64,000 nt of DNA from an uncultured Phycisphaeraceae bacterium (GCA_964403525.1 CAYOGE010000012.1:15808-79807), one strand, 5' to 3'. Shown: positions 41,099 to 54,728, counted from the stretch's first letter. The notes: a model not told the origin generated them from the sequence alone. Program-made: numbers and translations.

Positions 41099-42202
41099 TC
41101 AGAGCGCGAGGTTGCTGCCGAACTCGCCCGGCTCAAACGGTGTGAGGTGGCCCGGGCTCGCGTGCAGCGTGACGGTTGAGCCCGGCGTGAGTGGTGACTC
41201 GGTCAGGGGGAGCCGCGCGGTGAGAACCGTGCCGGCGGGGGTGATCGCCTGGACGTCGCACTGCTCACCGAGCGGTTCGACCGCGCGTACGGTCGCGGCG
41301 ATCGCAGCGCCGCCCGCGTGTGGTGTCAGCGAGAAGTGGGTGGGGCGTATGCCGATGACGAGCGGGGCGCCGTTGGGCGGCAGCGACGGGCGAGCGGTGA
41401 GTGGGACCGATTGGCCGCTCGTCCCGGCCTCGGTGAACGTCGGGGACGGACCGTTTGCGGAGAGCGTGCCGCTGAGGAAGTTCATCGGCGGCGTGCCGAC
41501 GAACGCGGCGACGAAGCGGTTGGCGGGCCTGCGGTAGACCTCCAGCGGCGGCGCGGCCTGCTGGATGCGTCCTTTGGCCATGACGACGATGCGGTCGCCC
41601 AGGGTCATGGCCTCTTCCTGATCGTGGGTCACGTAGATGCTTGTTGTCTTGAGGCGCTGGTGCATCGCCTTGAGCTCGGCCCGGGTGGTTACGCGCAGGC
41701 GCGCGTCGAGGTTGCTGAGGGGCTCGTCGAAGAGGAAGGCCTTGGGCTGGCGGACGATGGCGCGGCCGAGGGCTACGCGCTGGCGCTGGCCGCCGGAGAG
41801 TTGGCCCGGCTTGCGGTCGAGCAGCTGATCGACCTCGAGGAACTTCGCCGTCTCGCGCACCTTGCGGTCGATCTCCGCCTTTGCAACGCCCTTGAGCTTC
41901 AGGGCCATCGCCATGTTGGCGTAGACGGTCATGTGGGGGTAGAGGGCGTAGTTCTGAAAGACCATCGCGATGTCGCGCTGAGCGGGCGGGACGGTGTTGA
42001 CGACGCGGTCACCGATGGTGATGGTGCCGGTGAAGTCTTCCTCAAGGCCGGCGATGAGTCGGAGCGTGGTGCTCTTGCCGCACCCGCTGGGACCGACGAA
42101 GACGACGAACTCGCCGGGGGCGATGTCGAGGGTGAAGCCGTCAACGGCCTTGAAGCCGTTGGGGTAGACCTTTGAGATGTCGCTGAGTGTTACGCGGGCC
42201 AT
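41099..42202 (-). CDS. Sugar ABC transporter ATP-binding protein (MalK/MsmK/UgpC type), with no adjacent permease or binding-protein genes
   Basis: Walker [10 protein letters not shown], signature LSGGQRQRV, Walker [13 protein letters not shown]-terminal MalK-like regulatory/TOBE region. Confidence 0.9.
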   Translation of the reverse strand: MARVTLSDISKVYPNGFKAVDGFTLDIAPGEFVVFVGPSGCGKSTTLRLIAGLEEDFTGTITIGDRVVNTVPPAQRDIAMVFQNYALYPHMTVYANMAMALKLKGVAKAEIDRKVRETAKFLEVDQLLDRKPGQLSGGQRQRVALGRAIVRQPKAFLFDEPLSNLDARLRVTTRAELKAMHQRLKTTSIYVTHDQEEAMTLGDRIVVMAKGRIQQAAPPLEVYRRPANRFVAAFVGTPPMNFLSGTLSANGPSPTFTEAGTSGQSVPLTARPSLPPNGAPLVIGIRPTHFSLTPHAGGAAIAATVRAVEPLGEQCDVQAITPAGTVLTARLPLTESPLTPGSTVTLHASPGHLTPFEPGEFGSNLAL

Positions 42203-42396
42203 GAGGAGTTTTCACCACAGAGACACAGAGGCACAGAGAAAGGCGGGAAGAGGCGGGAACACAGAGGGCGCGGAGGAAGGGAAGGGCACAGAGTGGGGAG
42301 GGGATGAAGGAAGGGCAGGAAGATCGGGCGGGGACCAAGAAGGTGAAGAGGGAAGGGAATGGGGATCGGGGTAAGGTTGGAGTCTACTCGGTGGCG

Positions 42397-45300
42397 TTAG
42401 CGGAATCGGATGGTCATCCCAGTGGTGATGCCGTTGGTGCCGGCTGTGAGGTTGTCCTGTGAACCGCCACCTTCGAGAACTTCACATTCCTTCGGCGGCC
42501 AGGCTACTGGCGGGGCGAAGCGGACGCGGTAGGGCATCCGGTCAAGCCCGCCGTAGTGCAGCTCGTACCAGCCGTCCTTCTTTTTCAGCGAGGCGTGAAG
42601 CGCGCCGTACGGCGTGCGCAGGCCGTCGAACGAGACACCCTCAGGGGCCTCGACCCACTCAGCCGGTACACCCGCGAAGAGAACAAGGTTGGAGAGGGCC
42701 GGAGCAGGTGAAGGCTCCTCGTAAACGAACATCGTGCGGATTGAGCGGAGGAAGTCGCTGGCGACCCAGGTGTGTGGCATGTCGCCGATCCACTTGCCGG
42801 CGCCGCGGTCGTGGTGGACAATCTCGGCCCAGTGGAGCCAGCCGCCGGCCGACGTGTCGCCGGGGCTTCGTGGCGGGTTCTGGTCGTGCATGAACCACTT
42901 CAACGCTTCCCAAGCGCGGTCGCGGTGGCCGAGCATGTTGAGCGTGCCGACGATGCGCCACTCGTAGGGGGTGTAGTCGATGTAGGGCTGTTTCCCATCG
43001 CGCCGCGCGACGAAGAACTCCCACCATTTGTCGAAGGTGGCGCTGTACCACTCCCGTGGCAGGTCGTTGAGCGCTCCGCACGGGTTGATCGCGATGGTTG
43101 TGCTTGTGGCGTCGAAATCACCGAGCTCGGGGCAGCCGGGGATGTAGGCGATGCCATGGGCGACCTGCGCCAGCGCGATGGAGCGCTTGATGCACACGGC
43201 AAGGTCGGTCGCCGCATGTTCCCAGCGCGAGGCCTCGTCGGGTTTGTTCAAGGCGCGAGCGATCTCCGCGGCGTCGCGCAGCCCTTTGAGGGTGAAGAAG
43301 TCGTCCCAGTACGAGTGCATCGGCTTGGAGGAGTATCCCTCGTGGCTGATCGACTCGGGCATGAGTCCGTAGAGGGCTTTCAGGGGCACGGGCGGTTTGC
43401 CCGGTTCGGCGCGGACGGCATTACCTGTGTATTCGGCGGTTTTGCGCTCGGCGCGCTCGGCCTCGATATGCGCGACGGCCTTCTCGACGGCTGCGAAGTG
43501 CTTGAGCAGGAAGGCGTCGTCGCGGGTGTAGCGGTGGTACTCGGCGAGGGCGTAGATGAACTGGCCGTGCGAGTCGTTCTCGGTCACCGGGTCGGCGCCG
43601 CGCCTGTCGACGACGCAGGGGATCGCGCCGCTGGGGAACTGAAAGCCCGCGTACCAGTCGATGAACTGCTTGACTTCATCGGTCAGACCGAACTCCAGCA
43701 GCGCGGCGGAGGTGAGGGCACCGTCGCGGATCCACGAGCGCTCGTACGACCGGGAGCCGGGCTGGAAGCCGGGGCCGTCGCGGTTGATGAGGATGTAGGC
43801 GAGGCTGGCGCGGATGGAGGCTTGCAACTGCTCGTTGCCGGGTGGCAAGGCAATCTTGTAGCCGTCGAACATCGACCAGCGTGGCCGCTCGCTGGCCCGA
43901 ACCTCGTCGAAGAGCGAGGGAGTGGTCGGTGAAGCCCGGTCGTCCGTTTGTGCGTTGGGCGACTTGCGTTCGGGCTCGTGCTGGATGCGGACGAGCCATG
44001 ACCTGGACGCGCCGGTGTCGAGCGCGAACGGATAGAACGCGGCAGCGCTGGCCGCGTTGTGGGGATCGACGACGGAGTCGCGGGTGGCTGGGAGGTGAGG
44101 CGTGAGGAAGAGCTGTGAGGCTGCCTCGCCCTGGTCAAAGCCGAGGGCGGTGAACCCGGCGCAGCCTTCGGGGAGGATGATGCAGCGGTCACCGTTGATC
44201 ACGGTGAAGCGTTGGACCTGTTCGATGCTCCGCACCTTTGCGAGACCGCCGGGAGCGTTGAGGAATTGCCACGGCGGGTTGACCTGGAAGGGGCGGATGC
44301 AGAGGGCGAGCCGACCGCTTGCTGGGCCCTTCGTGCACGCCAGCGTGTAGCGCACGAACGTCTCGGCGTCGGTGCTGAAAGCGCTGGTTGTGAGCGTGAA
44401 GCCGCCGGCGTGACGCTCGACGGTCGCGGTGGGGGCACCGTCAAAGTTCATCCGCTGCGCAGCCGCATTCCAGCGCACCGCGGGTTGGCCGTCTGGGAGC
44501 AGCAGCGCGCTGAGCATCGGGCCGGAGCGGAAGAGCTCGACGTCTCCCTCCTCGTTGATCAGTGTTTCGTCGGTGCCCGCGGGCGAGCCGAGCACCGTCC
44601 ACGTTGACTGGCGGCCGGTGAAGTAGCGGGGCATCGCCTCGGCGGGGAGGTCAGCGGCGATCAGGTGCATGATGCCGAGGTTGTCGGCCGCGGCGCCTGG
44701 ATTGGTGAGGAAGCGGATGTCCGCCACGCCGGTGGGTTCTGCGCCGCTCTTTGCGATGGATATTCGGAGCATGCGGGCGGTGGTGTCGGGGATGTCGGCG
44801 TAGCTGCGGGCAACCGGCGCGGTGCCGGGATTGGCGGCCCAGATCGGCAGCCACTTCGCGCCGTCGTCGGACGACTCAACGGTGAACCCCTGCACGGGCG
44901 TGGCCCAGTCGATCCGAAGAGCATCGAGGTCACGCGGCTGCCCGAAGTCGATGGTCAACTGCGGGGGAGCGTTGTCGTCGTCGATCCATGAGGTCGCTGC
45001 ATCGGCGTCGATCGCCAGCGCGGCCGGGTGATCGGGTGCGGAGGAGGTGGCCGTTGCCTGCGGCGTGCCGGTGTAGGGCGCGGGCGCCGGCAGCGCCCGG
45101 AACTGCAGGTCGGTGAGGTTGATCGTTCCCTGTCCTCCCGACGATGACGCGACGACAACTTCGATCGCGCCGAGCCGCTTGATCTTCGCACCGTTGAGCG
45201 GCCCCCACGCGAACTGGAAGTGCTTCGCCTTGTTGTTGAGGCGGGTCGGCGACTCGGGCCACTCGAAGTTTCGGCGGTTGATCCACCAGACCGAGTCGCC

Positions 45301-45651
45301 GAGCTTGCTCCCGTTGCCGTCGGGCGCGTCGAGGAGCTTGACCTCGAGGTTGTTGCTGGGGCCAGTGCCGGTGAGTGTGAAGGAGAACTCGAAGTTCTCA
45401 GGCAGCTCGATCCCGCCGGGCGGGAACTCGTGGCGGGCAACGATGAAGCCCGAGCCGCCGGTGAAGTTGTATGCGAGGCTGAGCCCGGCCTCGCCGTGTT
45501 TGCCGCTGGCGGGGCCCAGGGTGGCTTTGACCGCCTCGTGCGAGGGGTGAAGGGTCCACGCGTTGAACGATGAAAGGTCCTGCTGGGCGCGGGCGCTGAG
45601 CGTGGCGAGCAGGAGCGTGCACGCGGCGATCAACCAGCGGCGGGGGAGCAT
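42397..45651 (-). CDS. Large secreted glycoside-hydrolase-like protein: N-terminal CBM-like region, F5/8 type C (discoidin) domain, C-terminal six-hairpin (GH15/glucoamylase-like) domain
   Basis: Signal peptide MLPRRWLIAACTLLLATLSARAQQ (ATG 45651; an alternative GTG is at 45672). Discoidin-like HPAALAIDADAATSWIDD...LTIDFGQPRDLDALRIDW. GH15-like SYERSWIRDGALTSAALLEFG. Confidence 0.72.
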   Translation of the reverse strand: MLPRRWLIAACTLLLATLSARAQQDLSSFNAWTLHPSHEAVKATLGPASGKHGEAGLSLAYNFTGGSGFIVARHEFPPGGIELPENFEFSFTLTGTGPSNNLEVKLLDAPDGNGSKLGDSVWWINRRNFEWPESPTRLNNKAKHFQFAWGPLNGAKIKRLGAIEVVVASSSGGQGTINLTDLQFRALPAPAPYTGTPQATATSSAPDHPAALAIDADAATSWIDDDNAPPQLTIDFGQPRDLDALRIDWATPVQGFTVESSDDGAKWLPIWAANPGTAPVARSYADIPDTTARMLRISIAKSGAEPTGVADIRFLTNPGAAADNLGIMHLIAADLPAEAMPRYFTGRQSTWTVLGSPAGTDETLINEEGDVELFRSGPMLSALLLPDGQPAVRWNAAAQRMNFDGAPTATVERHAGGFTLTTSAFSTDAETFVRYTLACTKGPASGRLALCIRPFQVNPPWQFLNAPGGLAKVRSIEQVQRFTVINGDRCIILPEGCAGFTALGFDQGEAASQLFLTPHLPATRDSVVDPHNAASAAAFYPFALDTGASRSWLVRIQHEPERKSPNAQTDDRASPTTPSLFDEVRASERPRWSMFDGYKIALPPGNEQLQASIRASLAYILINRDGPGFQPGSRSYERSWIRDGALTSAALLEFGLTDEVKQFIDWYAGFQFPSGAIPCVVDRRGADPVTENDSHGQFIYALAEYHRYTRDDAFLLKHFAAVEKAVAHIEAERAERKTAEYTGNAVRAEPGKPPVPLKALYGLMPESISHEGYSSKPMHSYWDDFFTLKGLRDAAEIARALNKPDEASRWEHAATDLAVCIKRSIALAQVAHGIAYIPGCPELGDFDATSTTIAINPCGALNDLPREWYSATFDKWWEFFVARRDGKQPYIDYTPYEWRIVGTLNMLGHRDRAWEALKWFMHDQNPPRSPGDTSAGGWLHWAEIVHHDRGAGKWIGDMPHTWVASDFLRSIRTMFVYEEPSPAPALSNLVLFAGVPAEWVEAPEGVSFDGLRTPYGALHASLKKKDGWYELHYGGLDRMPYRVRFAPPVAWPPKECEVLEGGGSQDNLTAGTNGITTGMTIRFR

Positions 45652-45815
45652 GAAGGGTGCGGCATTGATCACGCGGCGGCTCCTGCAAACGATTACATGC
45701 TAGCATCTGAGCGGGTTTTCAGCCAAGCGCGGCAGAGGCTTGCCGCTGTGGTTCCGGGGCGTGCCCGGTGTTGCTACGCTGCCACGGTCGGGGGCACTTC
45801 TGGAGCACTTGCTGC

Positions 45816-46286
45816 ATGGCATCTATCACTGACCCGTTTACTGGCGAAGAAGTGTTTAACGCCGCACCGGACAAGGTGTACGCGGTTTTGTCGAGCATGG
45901 ACTGCTACGCGCGGGCCATCCCGGGGCTGGTGAGCCACGAGGTGCAGCCCGACGGCACGATGAAGGTGGCGATCAAGCCGGGCCTCTCGTTTGTCAGCGG
46001 GACGGTCAAGGCAACGATGAAGCTTGCCGAGTGCGCTGCGCCCGCGGCGCCGTCGGCTGGGCGAACGGTGATGACGATCGACTCGAGCGGCATCGGGATG
46101 ACGCTGAACCTTGAGGCGGCGATGAGCATTGTGCCCGAGGGCGCGGGCACGAAGGTGCAGTGGACGGGCCGCGTGACGAGCTACACGGGGCTGGTCAAGC
46201 TTGCCCCGGCGGCGCTTGTTCGCGGCGCGGCCGACAAGGTGATCAAGGACGGGTGGAACGGGCTTCGCAAGCAGATCGAAATCTGA
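45816..46286 (+). CDS. SRPBCC / CoxG-like protein
   Basis: About 156 aa with a CoxG-like pattern (PDKVYAVLSSMDCYARAIPG...VKATMKL...). Start at the ATG of M17 of the tracked ORF. Confidence 0.65.
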   Translation: MASITDPFTGEEVFNAAPDKVYAVLSSMDCYARAIPGLVSHEVQPDGTMKVAIKPGLSFVSGTVKATMKLAECAAPAAPSAGRTVMTIDSSGIGMTLNLEAAMSIVPEGAGTKVQWTGRVTSYTGLVKLAPAALVRGAADKVIKDGWNGLRKQIEI

Positions 46287-46394
46287 AGCGTGCCCTTGCC
46301 GGTTGGCTCATGTGTACCGCGGTTGAGCCGGCCGGTCGTGTGCACTGTTGGCGGCGCGGATGAAGCATGACGGGCGGCGCGTTAGACTCTGCGG

Positions 46395-46784
46395 ATGCAC
46401 CAGATCACTCCGTCGTCGGCGCGCGCGTTTGCAGACCGGTGGTTCGCTGCGTTCAACAGCCACGATCTGGCGGCGATCCTCGCCTGCTACGACGCGGCGA
46501 TCGAGCACTCGTCGCCGTTTATCAAGCGGTACAACGAGGCGGTCGGGCGCGGCGATGAGGCGTCGGTCAAGGGGCTGAAGGAGCTCGGCTCGTATTTCGG
46601 GCGGGCGATTGAGCGCAATCCCCGTTTGCGGTACGAGCCGATGCACGTCACCACGGGGCTCGAGTCGGTGCTTCTCGTCTACCGCCGTCACAGCCACGAC
46701 ACGCCCGCGTCGGGTGATTTGGCGGCAGAGGTCTTTTTTCTGAACGCGGACGGGAAGATCGTGCGGTCGGTCTCGCACTACTAG
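46395..46784 (+). CDS. SnoaL-like / NTF2-fold protein
   Basis: ARAFADRWFAAFNSHDLAAILACYDAAIEHSSP is a typical SnoaL-like N-terminus. 129 aa, TAG stop. Confidence 0.7.
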   Translation: MHQITPSSARAFADRWFAAFNSHDLAAILACYDAAIEHSSPFIKRYNEAVGRGDEASVKGLKELGSYFGRAIERNPRLRYEPMHVTTGLESVLLVYRRHSHDTPASGDLAAEVFFLNADGKIVRSVSHY

Positions 46785-46884
46785 GTGTGCGAGAGGGGGT
46801 TGGGCCTGACCGACCGGTGGCGCAGCACACGACACCCGCACCGGCGGCGGGGCGGCGAGCGAAGTGAGCGTGGCGGCGCTGGTC

Positions 46885-47178
46885 TTACTGGGGCGCGTCG
46901 GCGCGGCCAACAGTGTTGGGCTGGCCGTGCGACGGGGCCTGCACGTGAGGCGCCGTCTGGGGGCCGCCCTGGGGGAGCTGGGTCTGGTAGTTCGGCGAGC
47001 TGCGCTGCTCGATGTCGTCCTCAACGCCCTTGAGGCCCTTCTTGAATTCGACGATCCCCTTGCCCAGCGACTTGCCGACCTCGGGGAGCCGCTTGCCGAA
47101 CAGGAGGAGCGCGATGATGAGAATGACGGCCCATTCCATCATGCCGATGTTCTGAATAAACCCGATCGTGCTGGTCAT
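46885..47178 (-). CDS. tatA: Twin-arginine translocase subunit TatA/E with a Gln/Pro-rich tail
   Basis: WAVILIIALLLFGKRLPEVGKSLGKGIVEFKKGLKG is the canonical TatA TM helix plus amphipathic helix. Confidence 0.8.
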   Translation of the reverse strand: MTSTIGFIQNIGMMEWAVILIIALLLFGKRLPEVGKSLGKGIVEFKKGLKGVEDDIEQRSSPNYQTQLPQGGPQTAPHVQAPSHGQPNTVGRADAPQ

Positions 47179-47312
47179 TTTCAAACTCCGCGGCCCGTGG
47201 CCACTGCCGGTCTGGCGTGTATTCCGTCGAGCGACCGGGGCTCGCGGTTCTGTGTGTGGGTGCACAAAGGAGAACGAACTGTACGCATGGACATTGCCGC
47301 GGTCGGGGGCTG

Positions 47313-50577
<3,265 letters not shown>

Positions 50578-50658
50578 AACGCTGGCCGCAAGGGGCCGAT
50601 ACAGTCAGCGGCGTTTGCGGTTGATCGTGATCGATGCCGGCCTCTTGAAGCGCTCTCT

Positions 50659-51165
50659 ATGCAGAACATCGAGTTTAAGGCCGAGCTCCGCGACATCGAT
50701 CTTGCCCGCACGCTCTTGCGGAAGATCCACGCGACGCAGATCGGCACGCTGGAACAGACCGACACCTACTACCGGCTGACGGACGGGCGGTTGAAGAAGC
50801 GCGAGACCAAGGGGTTGCCGACGGAGGTAATCTTTTATCACCGGGAGAACCAGGCCAAGGCGCGGGTCTCGCGGTTTACGATCTATTCGGAGTCGCAGGC
50901 ACGCCAGCACTTCGGCGCTGAAGAGCTGCCCGTGTGGGTCAGGGTCGTGAAGGTGCGCGAGGTCTTTATGCACTCGGGCGTGCGGATCCACCTCGATCGG
51001 GTCGAGGGGCTGGGGACGTTCATCGAGTTTGAGGCGCTCGTGACGCCGCAGGCGCCGCAGGAAGCGTGCCACCAGGCGGTTGCGTTGCTGCGGCAGGCGC
51101 TGGTGCCGGTGATGGGCGAGATTCTGTCGCACTCGTACTGCGACATGATCGCGGTCGACGGCTGA
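50659..51165 (+). CDS. CYTH-domain protein / class IV adenylate cyclase (CyaB-like)
   Basis: MQNIEFKAEL...QTDTYY...GRLKKRE... is the EFK / ExExK-type CYTH N-terminus. About 168 aa, typical of CyaB. Confidence 0.72.
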   Translation: MQNIEFKAELRDIDLARTLLRKIHATQIGTLEQTDTYYRLTDGRLKKRETKGLPTEVIFYHRENQAKARVSRFTIYSESQARQHFGAEELPVWVRVVKVREVFMHSGVRIHLDRVEGLGTFIEFEALVTPQAPQEACHQAVALLRQALVPVMGEILSHSYCDMIAVDG

Positions 51166-51193
51166 GCGCCCGGCCTTCGCTGAGCGATAGCCC

Positions 51194-52294
51194 TTAGTAA
51201 TTGAAGTTGGCGAAGGGGTCGGTGGTGCCGAGGGTTGAGGGTGCGGCGGCGTTGCCGTTGATCGATGCGGCGTTGGTCGCCGCCGTCACGATCGGCCCGA
51301 TCGAGTTGCCCGCGACGATCGTCCAGTTGCTGGTGTTGCCCGAGCAGGTGTTGCGCACGATGATGCTGCCGGAGGTGTCAACGTCAACGCCGCGGTCGGC
51401 GAGCAGGCAGGTGTTGCCTTCGATGCGGTTGTCGGTGCCGGTCGTGTGCACGCCGGCGCCGTCGCCGGTGCCGAAGCCGTTGTTGGTGCAGGTGTTGTTG
51501 CTGATCACGCACGCGCTTGTGGCGAGGATGCCGTCGGTGGTGTTGAGCCTGCAGGTGCAGTCAGCGACGGTTGAGCCGGAGCCGACAGAGATGCCGGCGG
51601 CGTCGTTGTAGTATGAGGTGCACCGTTCGACCGCGCACCCCGAGTTGGTGAAGATGCCCGGGCCGAGGTTGCTGTAGGTTGTGCAGGCGGTGACGGCGCA
51701 TCCGCCGGCTGTGTTGATGCCCGCCAGCCCGTTGCCGAACACCGAGCAGCCCGTCACCGCGCAGCCGGTGCCGGCCGCGACGCCGTTGCCGGTGTTGGCC
51801 GAGACCAGCAGATCGGCGACGCGCGAGTTGTTGGCGTTCTGCGTGAGCAGGTCGACGCCGTCGCCGCTCCAGCCTCTGACGTTGCCGTTGCGCACGGTCA
51901 CCGCCGTCACGCCCGCGGTCACCACGCTGATGCCGTCGAGCGACCCGGCGACGCCGGAGACGTCAAAGCCGTTGAGGTCGAGGGTCACGCCGCTGGCGGC
52001 GATGGCGATGCCGTGCTTGCCGGCGACGCCCTGGAGGTTGCCCGTGAGCGTGTAGCTGCCCGGCTGAGAGATGCGGAAGAGGCTCGTGGCATCGCCGGGG
52101 GTGTTGGCGGCGTTGATCGCGGTGCGCGGCTCGAGCTCTGCGATGGTCTTGCCTGTTGGACCGATCGGCCCGCTCGGCGGGTCAACAGGCCCGCCGATGG
52201 CGGTCATGGCGGCCGTGAGCGCTGCGAGTGCGGCGACAGCGGCGGCCGTGCGCTTGGTGGAGCCGACGCGGTTGTGCCTTTGGAGGGGAGCCAT
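51194..52294 (-). CDS. Secreted right-handed parallel beta-helix repeat protein
   Basis: Signal-like N-terminus. Repeated about 22-aa G-x-x-(V/I)-x-x-C-x-(V/F)-x-x-N units (GCAVTGCSVFGNGLAGIN, GCAVTACTTYSNLGPGIF, GCAVERCTSYYNDAAGIS). Confidence 0.7.
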   Translation of the reverse strand: MAPLQRHNRVGSTKRTAAAVAALAALTAAMTAIGGPVDPPSGPIGPTGKTIAELEPRTAINAANTPGDATSLFRISQPGSYTLTGNLQGVAGKHGIAIAASGVTLDLNGFDVSGVAGSLDGISVVTAGVTAVTVRNGNVRGWSGDGVDLLTQNANNSRVADLLVSANTGNGVAAGTGCAVTGCSVFGNGLAGINTAGGCAVTACTTYSNLGPGIFTNSGCAVERCTSYYNDAAGISVGSGSTVADCTCRLNTTDGILATSACVISNNTCTNNGFGTGDGAGVHTTGTDNRIEGNTCLLADRGVDVDTSGSIIVRNTCSGNTSNWTIVAGNSIGPIVTAATNAASINGNAAAPSTLGTTDPFANFNY

Positions 52295-52557
52295 GGTTTC
52301 AATCTACCGGCGTGCAGCCCGCTCGCCAGAGCGGGCGGGAATGGCGGGTGGAATGCTCTGGAGCGGGCCGGCGTATCTGGCAGAGTCGCCGCAGGTTGTC
52401 GACCGGTAATCCTGTGATCGCCGGGACTTTGTCCTCCCCGCGGTGCTGCGGGTTCGCGGTCTGCTCGCATGAAACAAGCCTCAAACAGGCTTGGGGCGCG
52501 GGCGGGCCGAGCGTGGAGGCGGGTTCACTCGCGGCCCGTTTGCTCGTATAGTTCAGC

Positions 52558-53781
52558 ATGACCACGCTCAGCCCCGCGTCACGCCCGTCGACGAGCACCG
52601 ATCCGCTCCAGCTTGTTGACGTTGACCACGTCCGCTTCTATGTCGGCAACGCCAAGCAGGCGGCCTACTTCTATTGCCACTGCTTCGGCTTCACCTGCGA
52701 GCAGGTGAGCGACCAGACCACCGGTTCACGTGATTCGGCCCACTACTACCTCACGCAGGGGAACATCCGCTTCGTGCTCACCAGCGGCCTGACGAAGGAC
52801 CACCCCGCCTCGCGCCACGTGGCGCTCTACGGCGACGGCGTGAAGGATGTGGCCTTCACCGTTCTCGATGCCGAGGCCGCGTGGAAGCAGGCGATCAAGA
52901 ACGGGGGCGAGTCGGCGCAGGAGCCGACCAAGCTCACCGACAAGCACGGCACGGTGATCACAGCCGCGATCAAGACCTACGGCGAAGTGATCCACACGTT
53001 CGTCCAGCGCCCCTCGGACGGGAAGGGCGTGTACGCCCTCCCGAACGTCAAGCAGGCGCAGGGGACGGGGCAGGGCTCGTTCATGCCCGGCTTCCAGCAG
53101 ACGACGCTCTTCAAGAGCCTCAACGACTACAACGTCAAGCACCCGTGCGGCCTGAAGTACACCGACCACCTCGTCGGCAACGTCGAGCTTGGCAAGATGA
53201 ACCACTGGGTGAAGTTCTACGAGGATGTGCTCGGCTTCAAGATGTTCATGTCGTTCGACGACAAGGACATTGCGACCGACTTCTCCGCGCTGATGAGCAA
53301 GGTAATGGCGAGCGGGTCGGGGCTGATCAAGATGCCGATCAACGAGCCCGCGCCCGGCAAGAAGAAGAGCCAGGTGCAGGAGTACCTCGACTGGCACAAC
53401 AACACGCCGGGCGTGCAGCACCTGGCCCTCCGCACAGACGATGAGCTCGAGTCGATCGATGCTCTTCGAAGCCGCGGTGTGGACTTCCTGACGATCCCCG
53501 ACGCGTATTACGACCAGGTCTGGAAGCGGATCGAGCCGCTCTTGGCGAAGGCCGGCAAGACGGTGAAGGAGGACCACCAGAAGGTGCGTGATCTGGGCAT
53601 CTTGGTTGACGCCGATGAAGAGGGGTACCTGCTGCAGCTGTTCACCAAGCCGCTGCAGGACCGGCCGACACTCTTCTTTGAGATCATCTGCCGGCGCGGG
53701 AGCCAGGCGTTTGGGAAGGGGAATTTTAAGGCGTTGTTTGAGGCGCTGGAGTTGGAGCAGGAGAAGCGCGGGAATCTGTAA
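52558..53781 (+). CDS. hppD: 4-hydroxyphenylpyruvate dioxygenase
   Basis: VOC-fold repeats. GVQHLALRTDD and FFEIICRRG...GFGKGNFKALFEALELEQ C-terminal signature. Confidence 0.92.
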   Translation: MTTLSPASRPSTSTDPLQLVDVDHVRFYVGNAKQAAYFYCHCFGFTCEQVSDQTTGSRDSAHYYLTQGNIRFVLTSGLTKDHPASRHVALYGDGVKDVAFTVLDAEAAWKQAIKNGGESAQEPTKLTDKHGTVITAAIKTYGEVIHTFVQRPSDGKGVYALPNVKQAQGTGQGSFMPGFQQTTLFKSLNDYNVKHPCGLKYTDHLVGNVELGKMNHWVKFYEDVLGFKMFMSFDDKDIATDFSALMSKVMASGSGLIKMPINEPAPGKKKSQVQEYLDWHNNTPGVQHLALRTDDELESIDALRSRGVDFLTIPDAYYDQVWKRIEPLLAKAGKTVKEDHQKVRDLGILVDADEEGYLLQLFTKPLQDRPTLFFEIICRRGSQAFGKGNFKALFEALELEQEKRGNL

Positions 53782-53802
53782 GCGGCAGGGAGGAGGGCAG
53801 CT

Positions 53803-54099
53803 TTGGACGTCTTCTACGCGTTCATGATGGCTGTCGGACTCCTCCTGTATGCGTGGTTGTTGTATCGCTGCATGGTGCTTGCGGGCGAGAAGAAGTTCCC
53901 GGTAGCGGTAGTCGTTCTGATGTGCATTCTCACAACGCCGATTGTGGTGCTGATCATGCTGACATTTGTGCAGGGGCCGAGTGGCTCGGGTGAGCGGCGG
54001 CTGAGTGCAGAAGAGCTGACCGCGGTGTTTGAGGCAAAGGCGGCGAGGATTGAGGCGGCGCGTGGGATGCACGTCCACTTGCAGAGGGACGAAGGGTGA
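53803..54099 (+). CDS. Small two-TM membrane protein (98 aa), TTG start
   Basis: TTG at 53803 lies 6 nt after a strong GGGAGGAGGG Shine-Dalgarno sequence. Two hydrophobic helices (FYAFMMAVGLLLYAWLLYRCMVL, VAVVVLMCILTTPIVVLIMLTFV) plus an amphipathic tail. GC about 52-58%. Confidence 0.5.
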   Translation: MDVFYAFMMAVGLLLYAWLLYRCMVLAGEKKFPVAVVVLMCILTTPIVVLIMLTFVQGPSGSGERRLSAEELTAVFEAKAARIEAARGMHVHLQRDEG

Positions 54100-54695
54100 G
54101 TCGTTCCCTCTCCTTGCCTGCGATGGTGAGCCTGATCGGCTCCGCAATCGAGGCCATTGATAGCGGGGGCACGCCGTACCGATCGACGAAGCCGCCTTTT
54201 CGTGAGTATTCGCCCGGCGTTGGTCCTTACAGCGAGACTGTGCTCTGCAAGCGAATTGCGGAACTGCTTGCTTCGCGCCATCCTGATCTGTGCGCGGGCG
54301 CCTGCACCAAGCGAAACCCAGATTTGCTTGTTCCTGGCGAGTGGGCGATTGAACTCAAGCTCGCTCGTCCGTTCGGTGACAACGCCAAGGAAGCAGAGCA
54401 CTGGTCGCAGAATCTGCTGCACCCGTATGAGGGGAACACAAGCGCTTTGGGGGATGCGCTCAAGCTCCAGAAGCACGCAGGCCCGGAATCGGCGGCTGTG
54501 GTTGTTGTGGGATACGAGCATGACCCAGCCCAGATCAGTCTTGAGCCGCTCATTCGGTCATTCGAGGCAATCGCGAGCACCGTCCTGCGCGTTCGACTCG
54601 GGCAAACGGTTTCGCTGGATGTCAAAGGGCTTCGGCATCCCGTGCACCAGCGGGCCCGTATCTGGGCGTGGGAGGTTCTGCGGGATTCACCGTGA
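54096..54695 (+). CDS. PD-(D/E)xK nuclease-fold protein (restriction-endonuclease-like), orphan
   Basis: GTG start overlaps the upstream stop (GTGA). The motif string E(TVLCKRIAE)...NPDLLVPGEWAIELKLARP fits E...PD...(D/E)xK. No methyltransferase nearby. Confidence 0.55.
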   Translation: MSRSLSLPAMVSLIGSAIEAIDSGGTPYRSTKPPFREYSPGVGPYSETVLCKRIAELLASRHPDLCAGACTKRNPDLLVPGEWAIELKLARPFGDNAKEAEHWSQNLLHPYEGNTSALGDALKLQKHAGPESAAVVVVGYEHDPAQISLEPLIRSFEAIASTVLRVRLGQTVSLDVKGLRHPVHQRARIWAWEVLRDSP

Positions 54696-54728
54696 GGAAT
54701 CGCTATTCTGCATCTCGAGGTGATTCCC

